A stretch of DNA of 64,000 nt from Squalus acanthias. Its lineage: Eukaryota. Positions 51,336 to 62,099 of this stretch are shown piece after piece. The notes below the pieces were generated by a model that had not been told where the DNA came from, did no database searches, and saw only the letters and a list, made by a program, of their open reading frames with translations. Each line of letters starts with the position of its first letter. Positions within the stretch are counted from its first letter, which is position 1. The translations under genes and the position numbers were made by a program. The stretch lies in the NCBI GenBank assembly GCA_030390025.1, contig CM059431.1:141858001-141922000 (forward strand), given 5' to 3'.

Positions 51336-51740
51336 GTAGCAGCGTGGTAGTCAGAAGGAGTGGCTACCAACCCCACTCCACAGACTAAACCACATCATCT
51401 AGGCTGGTGGAGGTGCCATTTTGCAGAGGTGATGTTAAACCGAGGCCGTGTGTTCCCTCTCAGGAAAACGTGAAAGATCCCATGGTACTATTTCGAAGAA
51501 GAGTAGGGGATTCATCCCCCGCATCATAGCTGATCTTTATCTCTCAATCAATATTATTCAAACAAATTAAGTCGTCATTATTGCATCGCTGTTTGTGGGA
51601 TCATGCTTTGCGCAAATTTGCTGACGTGTTTGCAACATTACAGCAATGACTACACGACAAATAGTTGCTTCATTGGCAGTAAAGTTGTTTGGGGCGTCCT
51701 GGGGATGTGTAAGACGCTATAGAAATGCAAGTCTTTCTTT
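51316..51740 (+). mobile_element. Deu-domain SINE, decayed
   Basis: Head GTGTCAGCCGGGGCTCGGTGGTAGCA, core GGAGGTGCCATTTTGCAGAGGTGATGTTAAACCGAGG...GAAAGATCCCATGGTACTATTTCGAAG, tail GACGCTATAGAAATGCAAGTCTTTCTTT; homologous to 33135-33590. Confidence 0.7.
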
Positions 51741-52814
51741 GATAAGCATAGAACACAGAACTGCTACAGTAATATGCAGCGCAGACTAAACTGTGAGTAC
51801 TTAATGAATGGCAATGTGAATGAGGAGAGTGGGTACAGTGAGCGCTGTGAAGCAGCAACCAAGCAGACGCCTGAGCTACACCGCCCAATCAACGCCAGGT
51901 TTCAGCTGCAGCTCTGAGGTGCTCTATTCAGGTTTCACCCTGGGAAATGACCTGATTTCTGGTAACCCTGGTACAAGGTTAGCATCCACCCCGATGAGAG
52001 GTTAGAAAGGGGCCACTAGGCCGAGGTCCACTGTCAGCGGACTCGGCTACAAGGAACGTGCAGGGAAAGTCACATTATTCAACCTTCAGAGACGTCGCAA
52101 GAACAGACGAACAGACAGAAATGACGGGCAACAAAACACCGGCTGGTCCAGCAAGCCTGCCCCACACTCATGATGCTCGCAGCACGATGAGTAAACACTT
52201 CATATCTCCCTGCAGCCTGTGATCTTCGGGGAGATGCAATGTAGCAGAAAATACCCAAGGTCAATAAAGCGGGAAAAACTGTGGAGTATTCCTCTCCGAC
52301 ACCCTGAGGCAATCAAAACCACTTCAGGAGGTGACATTGACCCTGCGCACGTTAATTGTTAATCTTCTTTCCTTGAATATGCTGCGATATCTGCCCCAGG
52401 CCAGAAGCGGTCCAGCTCACTCTTGAAGAGATGCAAAGAGGCAGCACGTGTCGCCCCAGCTTGCAACACATTCCAGAGGCTCGTTACTCTTGGTGAAAAG
52501 AAAAACCACCTACCGAGCTCATCGGCATGTCTCCTGCTCCTCTTTAGCCTGTCAAACTGAAATCATCTTTCAATAGGCGCGCAATCCAGCAAGTGCATTA
52601 TTTGATAAGCCTTTATCTGGTCGCTTCTCGGAGTGCCGATCCTGCACCTTTATGTAAAGTACTAAGGGGCGGGGTTAAGGTAGGGGCGGGGTTAACAATG
52701 TTTGTCTTCAGCAGCATAAAGGATACAGGGCAGTAAACGGGCAGATAAGACAGCCAACACGGTTTTGTTGAAGGCAAATCGTGTTTGATTAATTTGATTG
52801 AGTTATCTGATGAA

Positions 52815-53612
52815 GTAAAGTGAAGGGTTGAATGGCCTCTCCCTGTTCCTGTGCTCAGTTCCGCGGTCTGAATATCCTACTCATGTTGCTATTTTGTTGG
52901 CTCTGAATATTCTCCTCCCATTCCTATATAACAGGCTCGATGAGCCGCCAGTTCTACCCCGGTAAATATGTAACAGGCTCGAGGGGTTGAACGGTGTACT
53001 CCTGTTCCTGTGCAACAGGCTCAAGGGGCTGACTGGCCTACTTTTCAAATGTGAGCGACCAAACGGTGCAAAATAGCTTACCCCTGTTTCTATGTAGCTG
53101 GCTCGAGGGGCTGTATGGCCTTCTCCCATTCCTATGTAACATATTCTACGGGCCGCTCGCCCTGCCCCTGTAAGTATGAAACTGGCTTGAGGAGTTGAAT
53201 TGCCTACTCTGTTATTTTGGAACAGGCTCGAGGTGTGGATGGCCGACTCCTGTTCCTATGCAGCACGATCTGGAGGATTAATGATTTAATCGTATTCCTA
53301 TACAACAGGCTCGAGGGGCTGAATGGTCTTTTTCAGTTCCGTCCTAACAGAAGCGAGGGGCTGAATGGCCTACTCCTGTTTTTATGTAGCTGGGTCGAGG
53401 GTCTGGAAAATCTACAGCTATTCCTATGTTACGGACTAGAGGGCTAAATGGCATCCTCCTTTCCTATGTAACGGGCTCGAGTGGCAGAATGGCCTCGTTA
53501 TATTCCTATGCAACAGGTTTTTGGGGCTGAATGGTCAATTCTGTTCCTACACGTCAGGCTGAGGGAGGCGGGGCGGGGGCTGAATGCCTTTCTCCTGTTC
53601 CTATGTAACAGG
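52815..53612 (+). repeat. 42-bp degenerate tandem array derived from the CR1 3'-terminal motif (TAACAGGCTCGAGGGGCTGAATGGCCTACTCCTGTTCCTATG)n, about 18 units
   Basis: AGGCTC at 52933, 52975 and 53017 (42-bp period); the unit matches CR1 tails at about 1553-1592 and 24252-24290. Confidence 0.85.
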
Positions 53613-53634
53613 CCCGAGAGAGTGCGACAATAAG

Positions 53635-54425
53635 GCGGTGACGTGTCTACTGGCCACGGGCTTCAACCTCATCGGAATTTCGGTTATGTCTTTCCACTTC
53701 CCTTCCTGTTCCACACTCCAGTTTGCATTCTCTGCTTGAATGTCTCCACCCTGGAAAGTTCTGTGCGGTTCACCGTCTCCTTCACCATTCAACGCTTTGT
53801 GGCGATATGCTGCTCGAAGCTTACAACGTCATATTGCACGGAGAGGACTGCAGCCGCGGTCTAACAGTGATCACAGACCTAGTCTGTTTCAGTTACAGCA
53901 TCCGATGCTTTGAACAGGAAGAAATAATTGACAATGTGCAGCGGGGTTGGAGCACAAGTGTGGAATCCCTTGTATTACATTCGTGGACAGTATATTCCCG
54001 GTGAAATCTATGTTTTCCCTTGATGTCATTTGCTTTGATTTCACTGTTTAAGAATCTGGCCGTTAGCCACACCTTGCGGTCCAATCGAATCCGCAGGGCA
54101 CTCTTGGTCATAACGGCGAAAAGAAGAGTGATCCAGAGAGGGAGAACTGAAACAGATCGATCAATTCGCTCTCCACTCTACCGGCAAATTTTACCTTCTG
54201 GTGGTTGAAAGCTGCTGTGAGCTTTAATTGTCAGAATGACGGCCAGCGTTCATTACCAAGGCGATTTCACCAACCCAATATGTATACCGACTCGAACCAG
54301 GTTCATGTTCATGTATTTGAGTTCCTGTACGAACACCTGCATTTCTAGAGCCACTCTGACCAAATACAGAGAAGAGCTGAAGACTTCGCTGATATTCCTC
54401 AGACTGGTTTAAAGAACAAAAATAA
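53635..54425 (+). pseudogene. GPR139-like: GPR139-like GPCR pseudogene, 5'-truncated, with multiple stops and frameshifts
   Basis: FPLPFLFHTPVC...SVRFTVSFTIQRFVAICCSKLTTSYCTERTAAAV*, EIIDNVQRG, and nucleotide similarity to the SDPE, YYRGD.TNP.Y and LSSC.NTCI segments of copy 1; 3' flank similar to about 26340-26370. Confidence 0.85.
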
Positions 54426-57400
54426 GTCGAACCAAAATTTTGCTGTCCAACTTTAGAGCTCACTGTCAGTTTTTGTTGCAGCTCCGAATATTTCGCTTTT
54501 CAAAAACACAGTAGGATGGCTCTTGTAAACATTACCAGGCGCACGAAAATATACCCTGTATATAGCATGCGAGTCATGTCGGCATTGCCTCTGGGTGCTT
54601 GTATTTCAGAGCGTCCGATATGTTCCTTTCTCGCTAAGGTTGTAATTGAATAATCACAAGTAAGATGTATTGGTGGAATAACTTCTTTGAGAAGCAGAGA
54701 TAATTGAGTTCTATGCATGCCAGCAATTTAGATTTACCAGATAAATTCACAATTAAAGTTTCCGGTCGGCAAATCCAATGACGTATTTTGCCCTCGTGCC
54801 TCGGTAAGATTTCTGCAGATGCGGGTCTCACCTTTAGCCGCAACTCCCTACTGTTTCCGGTCCACGTGGAACAGGGCACGTGTCTCTTGCGAAATGTCCT
54901 AATGATGCAAAACACTGAGAACTCTGCTTTTAACTGTGACGTTTGCCTGTTTCGATAAGAACGAGAAATCACGACTGGTGATCAAAAGTTGAAAGCTAAT
55001 CATCGAAATTAAAATTAAGGTGCACACCCCGTTTATCAGTGTAATACTTCTTTCTGAATTAGAACAATATTGAAAGATTTATGTAAATTTAATTTATTGG
55101 TAATGCAAGTAATAACTGCGAAAAATAATTGTCAGATATTTGAGATAAAATTTATATTTTCCTGAATAGTCAGTCTTGTGGACCTCTGCATATTGTTACG
55201 AAGAATGATCAATTATATTACTCAGATTCTCTGATCAGTATGGTGAGCTGCAAGGGGAAAATCCAGTCGGGAGTTTGATAACAATGCTGAATAGTTATAC
55301 GATTTAACCACACATTGCATTCCAAAGCTCGTTGATGACTCACTATAACTAGATTTACAACACACTGCCACCAGGACAAGTCAATATAAATAGGCACACT
55401 GTGTCAAAGAATACTTTGAATAATATGGTAATAACATCGGTAAATGTAAAGGGAAGCTGCCTGCTCTAAAGATACAAACTTGTGTTGAATCCGTGTCTAA
55501 TTTCATAGAGTTAACTGTGGCCAAGGCAAGCCTAGAAACCTGTGTCTTATTATCATTTTTATTATTGCTCCAAATAGTAATTGTTAAAAAGCAACACCTT
55601 TGTTTGGTCACCAATTGTTAGTTAAGAGGTTATCGACGTTGCTCTAGCTGACCTGGGATTGGCTGTACTGAAGGTGTGGGGGACAGAAGGTCATCAGCGC
55701 TGGATAAAACCTGATGAACACAACAGCAATAGAAGTAATATTAGAAATCAATTCAACATCTTAGCACTACACAATAAATGTAAATTTGCAGCAAGTAAGG
55801 AAAAGAATCTATCTCACAGTTGTCAGTGTGAGAACTGTAACAATGGAAAAACATTGTGAAGCACCTCGAGGATAAAATAGTCCAACAGGAACCACGTGGT
55901 ACAGGCGGATGTAGTCGATACAACGGAGCAGTGAGAGGTGGTCTTTGTTTGTAAGGCCGACCTACTATATAAAAATAAACAGAATTTCCAGCTAAACAAT
56001 CTGTGGCAGAACACTCAGGTTATATAAGTGACCACCTGTTACTGTTGATAACTAACATAGCTTCTTTAGTATCAGTGTTGTCGGATCAAAAACAAACGCC
56101 TCTCATTAAAGGTTATATTTCTTCTGAAGCGATAGGGGAGGAGAGTTTGGGAAAAGTGTCGCTATATTTGTAAAGGAAACGAACTATTGTGAAAGCGCCG
56201 ACTTTAAAACATCAGTTACAGACGAAACTATTTGGATTCACTTCGTTCAAAGTCCCAAATTAATCCGTCACACCTGTTACAGTCCCCCAGGAGAAGGAGA
56301 CCTTTGTGACGAGACACTTTGAACACAAATTACTAAATGCAGTGGATTGGGACAGTGTGGAGGTGGACCAGATGGGACGTTGACTATTAAATGAAACCAG
56401 GTATTATTGTGGATAAGGCAGCAGGCACTTGGGCTATGGTTTGGCCAACGGTGAATCCGGATGGATAGTTAGGTTACCTGACAGATAGGTCTCAATATGT
56501 CGACAGGGGCTCTTTGGAAAAAATATCGAGCGAAGTTCGAGAAGAAGAGTGATGACACACTATTAGTGGAGTGTCTAACGAAGTATCTGAGCGTACCTTT
56601 TGAGGATGCGGTCGCATTCATTGAAAGACAGGTTAAGGCTAAGAAATGGAAGCCAGATAATGTAATGAGTTTGATTGCGTATGCAGCTTTCTACTGTTCG
56701 AGCGAGATGATGATGTCTTCCTCACACAGGAGGATAAAGTGTTGGAACAACAGAGTCAGATTAAAATTCTTCAAAGTCATGTTACCACATCTACCGGGAT
56801 CATGCAGCAACAAAGTGTTAATACAGTTCAGGCAGGATCCGCCATACAGAATCTTGAGGGAGGCAGGTTTCAGATAGTTACCCTAACAAAAGATCTAATT
56901 TGCAGGCTAATCAATCTGAAAACTCAGCAAAGAAAGGAAGAAAACAGTCATTTAGAAAGCCAGGGAAAGCTGCTGAGACGCCGATTTAAAAAAAGGAAAA
57001 GAAAAAGTTTTACCGACATGGAAGTTATTAATGTATGTGCCGAGACGAATAAAACACAAGATTTGCTGAGTGAAAGGAAAGTTAAAAAAATGCTGGAGTT
57101 TAAGTTTGTTTGAAAGTGTGTGTTAAAGAGTGAAGGTTTGCCTGACTATGAATGTTTAAGAAGTTACAGTATTCCTTTTGTCTGAAAGTCTGTCTTTAAT
57201 TCTCCAATCACTTCTCTGTTTTAAGAATGTGCAGTTAAGATTGTACACCCAGAATTGAAAAAAGAACTGTGAACTACAATTTAATTTAAGCTGGTGTGGA
57301 AAAACTGAGAAAAACAAAAAGTTTGTTTAACAAAAGATTAAGTTCCAGTCTAAGATTTAACCGTGGAGTCGCGGTTGCTATGGTGAAATTTCCAAAGCAG

Positions 57401-59099
57401 TTTGAGTTGATTTGTTTAAATGTGAAAATAACTAATTTTTCTCCAGTTGTATTCAATGTTCTTACAGTCATTTGGAAAGGCATCTGAAGAAAGGGCAAAA
57501 AGAAATATGACGTAATTTACTGTTTTCTGCAAGCATGTGCTATTGTGTTTTGATACTGTTCGTGTTTAGTTAATAAAAGATTGATCTTAATTAAATTGTA
57601 ATTATAAAAGGTAACAAATCTTTTAAAGTGTGAAAACACAACTGCCTTTTTCGATTGGGAAAGTTTTTATAAATTAAGTGAAGTGATGCAATTGCGTGCG
57701 CCTGACAATGCAGCACTCCACCTTCTTAAAAACCAGCAAAGGAGTTAACCCTTTCCACTGACAGCTGTTTAAGTTCACCAAGCAACAACTTTAGTATTGC
57801 TGAATTAAATTTAAAGATATTGGACATTATAAAATTTAATTTTAAGTTAATATTTCCCCACAGTGGTAAATTAACGCTTTGGGCTCTTAAGCAGAATAAC
57901 AATGGATCTCTCCTTTCTTTTGTTATATGAAAGTTACCTTGTAAACTAATTGCAGTACTTCTGCCTCTAATGTTAAAACACCGAGTAAACCACCTAGCCT
58001 GGGAATCACTTGTTTCTGAAATTGGAATTGATAAGATAAATTGATAGAAATGTAATTGAACATTGACAAAACATGTCAGTTCAACAATACTGCTGTTTGG
58101 ATTTTGGGATAATTTTGAAATGACAAAATAGTGTCTGGCACTAGATATTGGGTTACTTTTGGGAACATAAAAGATCCTCTAAAATAATGATATATAAAAA
58201 GTGATAATAACTTGGACCAAGTGAGAACGTTTGATCTATGTTTTCTATCTTAAATATTGTACTGGACAGTAAAGTTCCTCCAGTGCTAATGAATGAGATA
58301 TGCATGTTAATTAAAGGGAAGTGATTGAGGGTGTGATTGATACAGGAAAATTACACTACTGAATGGTAATTTTCCAAACTTTCTAGTGAAAGTCAGGAGA
58401 GTGCAGCTACAAGTAGTAAATTGATAGCTTTCTCTTGGAGACATTTGAGTCCCTGCCTATAATGAACCTTTTAAGAAAACTGAATTTGATAGTGCAGCCA
58501 TTACCCAAGACATCGGGACCATGCAGAGGAAGACGAGCAAAGATCTCCAGACGATTATAACCTTTTGAAAAGATACTTGAAAGCCCAAGAATGGCTTGTA
58601 TCGCATGGTACGTGTGGCACGATCTTGAGTTACCGATATGAATGTACAAATGTGATTTGTTACGTATGAAGCAATTACCATCCGGAAATGCGTGGTGAAT
58701 TTGCACTGAAGAACAGGTCACAGACATGCTCAGTTACTTGAACACAGCAAGACATGAAATGGTTAATGTGACTCAGGAGACAACTTTTAAAGCATTGACA
58801 CAAACTCCATCGAGAAACTATCTAATTAATGAAACAATCAGAAAACAGTTAAAAACTGTGGGACCTGTTCGAGGAATTGAAATTGAAGTTGAAGTGGAAA
58901 GGTACATGGAATTTGGATTGGTATAATTGAGACTAAGCAGAAATCATGTTTAGCAAGACTTATCCACAAGATGGATACGAGTAAGAGAGATCTGGGTAAT
59001 ATTTTAAGTCCATGATTTGTTGATTAAATGTTAAAATGTAATGTCGCTTGAAATGATAGTAAGACTGAATTATACCTTGTAACTGTAATAATTGTGTTT

Positions 59100-59575
59100 T
59101 CTCGATAACAGAGCGTGGGAAAAAACAGTACAAATCCAGAATGAGTTGGTTTTGGTGGTGCCTCCAATATCACTGCTACCGCAACTACCATGCTTTACGG
59201 GTCTAAGAGGACCTGTCCCATCAACCAACACGTTTCACTCAATATCAAAACCTATGCTCAAGTGAAACTGACAGTAAGTGAGACATTAAGTATGAGCTGC
59301 GCAATTCAGATACAACATTACCCTGTTGTCTGAGGGCTTCAGTGAGCTCGTGATGCGACTGAACTCCTCCCAAAAGCATTTTTATTTTTGGAGCAAGACA
59401 ACTCGAGAATAGATATTGAATTTGACAGCATAAGGGACAACTCACACTGGTGGGATATTGGGCTTAATTTACCAGCACAACCTTAGGTTCGTATTATTTC
59501 ACACGCTCTGATAGTTCTCCAACTTGTAATGATAGTGTATTTGATATATTTAACCCGTGTAGTAAGACTTTGAAC
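59100..59575 (+). pseudogene. Env/fusion-glycoprotein-like remnant A (C-terminal part, heavily decayed)
   Basis: Across frameshifts: EGFSELVMRLNSSQKHF/LEQDNSRIDIEFDSIRDNSHWWDIGLNLPAQP*VRIISHALIVLQLVMIVYLIYL; aligns with remnant B. Confidence 0.6.
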
Positions 59576-59646
59576 TATGTAAAATCAGAAGTTTGATTAA
59601 GATCTACCCAGTTAAACACGAATGAAACAAGGTAGGGAATCAAAAA

Positions 59647-60545
59647 TTGTTCGGACTAATAATACAAATTCTGAGTCTAATGAATCGAACCAGACCCAAC
59701 CCTTTGTTTAGAGTAGAAAATATAGGAGTGGCGGAAAGAAATACCATTAATCAATTCCTCACAGCATCAGAATGGTTGGTCCAGTCAGAAGAACTGACAT
59801 GGATTGAACCAAACCTACAAGGATGTAGTACAAATGAGGATGCACTCATTTGCCCATACAATTTATACGATCTCTCAAAAGATACCTGTCGTTTTGATTG
59901 GAATAAGGCGGGTCTAAACTGTACCATGGAAGTGACAGGTCCATCAGATTTGAGAACCAGAATGGCCTATGTACGAGCGGGAAGATATTGTTTTACCACA
60001 TTATAAACCTATTATTATAACGGATTACTTAAATGTTCAATTAAGCAGGGAACCTATTGCATTACCCTAAAAACCACAGTCATAGGAGGAAAAACAGTCC
60101 TTGCAGTTTCTAGATCTGATCAGCAGGTCTTACAAGTAGAAGATAAATTGAATATAAATTTAGAGGACTATGTCATTAAATTTGATATGACGTCCCTGAA
60201 CTACTTGAAGCCTTAACAAAATTAATGAACCAGGTGAACGCCTCCCAACAACATTACATTACACTGGAGCAAGGGAACAAAGATGTAGCCAAGGACATTC
60301 CACATATAGTAGATTTGACACATTGGTGGGATATCGGGACGGACATAGATATTCCCCCTTGGATTAGAATAATTTCAAACGTACTGCTCATAACCCAATT
60401 TATAGTATTAATGTGCTTACTGCTCTACACCTGCTACTTAAGGCACCTAATGTACAAGACAAGATCACAACTAGACATAATCACAGCCCAGAACCTCCTG
60501 GAACTGAGCAAACGTGGGAGAGCAAACACATATAAAATAATTTAA
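59647..60545 (+). pseudogene. Env/fusion-glycoprotein-like remnant B (Cys-rich ectodomain, heptad region, HWWD motif, transmembrane helix, tail); one stop and one frameshift
   Basis: ORF 59647..60006 (GCSTNEDALICPYN...TC...NCTMEV...RYCFTT), in-frame continuation (KCSIKQGTYC), then ORF 60225..60545 (LMNQVNASQQHYITLEQGN...HWWDIG...PWIRIISNVLLITQFIVLMCLLLY); N-X-S/T sequons present. Confidence 0.65.
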
Positions 60546-62099
60546 AATTGAGGGGTCGGTTTGAACGCCTCGCCCTCAAGGTGGAATAGAGCGTTCATGT
60601 ATGATTTGACAAAGTTTTAAATGTAATGCTTTTCTTAAAAATACTATGATATATAATAATGTATGTTAGAAGCATAAAACATCTGTTACAATATGCATAA
60701 CCTTAGCTAAAAAGACACAAGGCTGAGAAGTAAAGCATCATGGTAAAATTAAGCGAACATTATGTTAACTGAGAGAATAGTGCGAAAGTAGAAAAGATTT
60801 TCTGTTATGTTAAAAACAAGCAGCCAGTGAAGGACAAACATTAATTAAGTTTCAAAGTAAGACAGAGAGTTTTCAACACCTAACATCCCTTATCGCTGAA
60901 GTTTCAGACCAGGCTAGATATTGGTCTATGTGAAAGGCAAAATATATCTGTCGTAATTCGTGGGAAGTTTGTTTGTGTAAAAGTTCTCATCGAAAAGCTC
61001 ATTCAGAAAAAGGAAGGGAATCATTAGCACCAAGAATGGTGAAATAAATCAGGCGCTGCAAGTTGCCAAATATTTTGTGAGGGAAAAGATATAAAAAAGC
61101 ACCAATTGAACACTGAAGGCAGCGCGAAACCAGAGGAAGAGAAAACTTCAGTCAACAGAAGACAGCAAGACTGAGATGAGTTTGATTGCATATGCAGCTT
61201 CGTACTGTGTGGTGAAGATGGTGATGATGTCAAACAAAGGGTACGCCCCAGTGTCCGTAGTCACAGAACCGCTCCCAGAGAAGGAGTTACCAATGAATCA
61301 GTATGTTGTATAGATCTGGTCTATATGGTTCCAAGCATAGCCAATATCACAAGGACATCGCCGAAGCAGTAAGAGAACCTTGAAATTTATGAATTCGACA
61401 CCCTTGGGATTCCAGTAGGATCCCTGGACAATCTCATAGGTAGTTAATTCGGGGCCAGTGGTGTCCTACCTGGATCAGAAAAGGTCTGACCCGGGGGCCA
61501 ACAAGAGGGGCTGAAGTGGCAACCCGGAGGGCCAGTGGTTGACTTGAGGGGCTAATAGGATAGTAACATTGCTCAATGTACTGATGTGGTGAGAACCTGT
61601 GATTATTCCATCACGTGTAAGTCGATACCTTTTAATGTATGCTGCAATAATGTCAGTATCCATGTTAGTAACAAGCCATTGTAATCGCAAGGCATGATGG
61701 GAAGCTTGGCCATATGTAAGCTAAGATGTAAAAAACTGTAGGTGTAAGCAGTTTGGACGAAAATACGTTTTTGTCTATGAAACCAAGGCTAATGAGCAAA
61801 AGATAAGGGGGAACTGAAGGTCAGATAATGTGGTTAAAAGAATCACAGGAAAGCAGACGTAAGGGCCTTGAGACTGGGACAGTTGAGGTAACAAGAAACA
61901 TCTGTCAAAGCCTACGTAACTGGTAATTAATGTTTGAGCAATTATCGGTAGTAGCTTGATTATGTATAAATAAACTTCCACGACCATTGTAAATTTGAGA
62001 GACTTCGGTGCGCTGAAGATTCTCCCCAGCATTTTTGTAATAAAGTGTTCCCGTATTGCAGCCTATCCGTGACTCCGAGTGGTTTCTTTCCACAAAATT

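Larger units (their letters stand above)
55195..62094 (+). mobile_element. Decayed endogenous retrovirus/LTR-like region (no pol recognised; boundaries tentative)
   Basis: A-rich plus strand lacking LINE motifs; coiled-coil-like broken ORF at 56497-57113; env-like remnants; purine-rich tract at about 60578-60587; TATA-like and AATAAA (about 62039) motifs before a terminal CA at 62094. No matching LTR pair was established. Confidence 0.45.

Noticed and set aside
52664..52697. Duplicated GC box GGGGCGGGGTTAA as promoter of GPCR copy 3
   Set aside because: It is separated from the pseudogene by CR1-derived sequence and has no counterpart upstream of copies 1 and 2.
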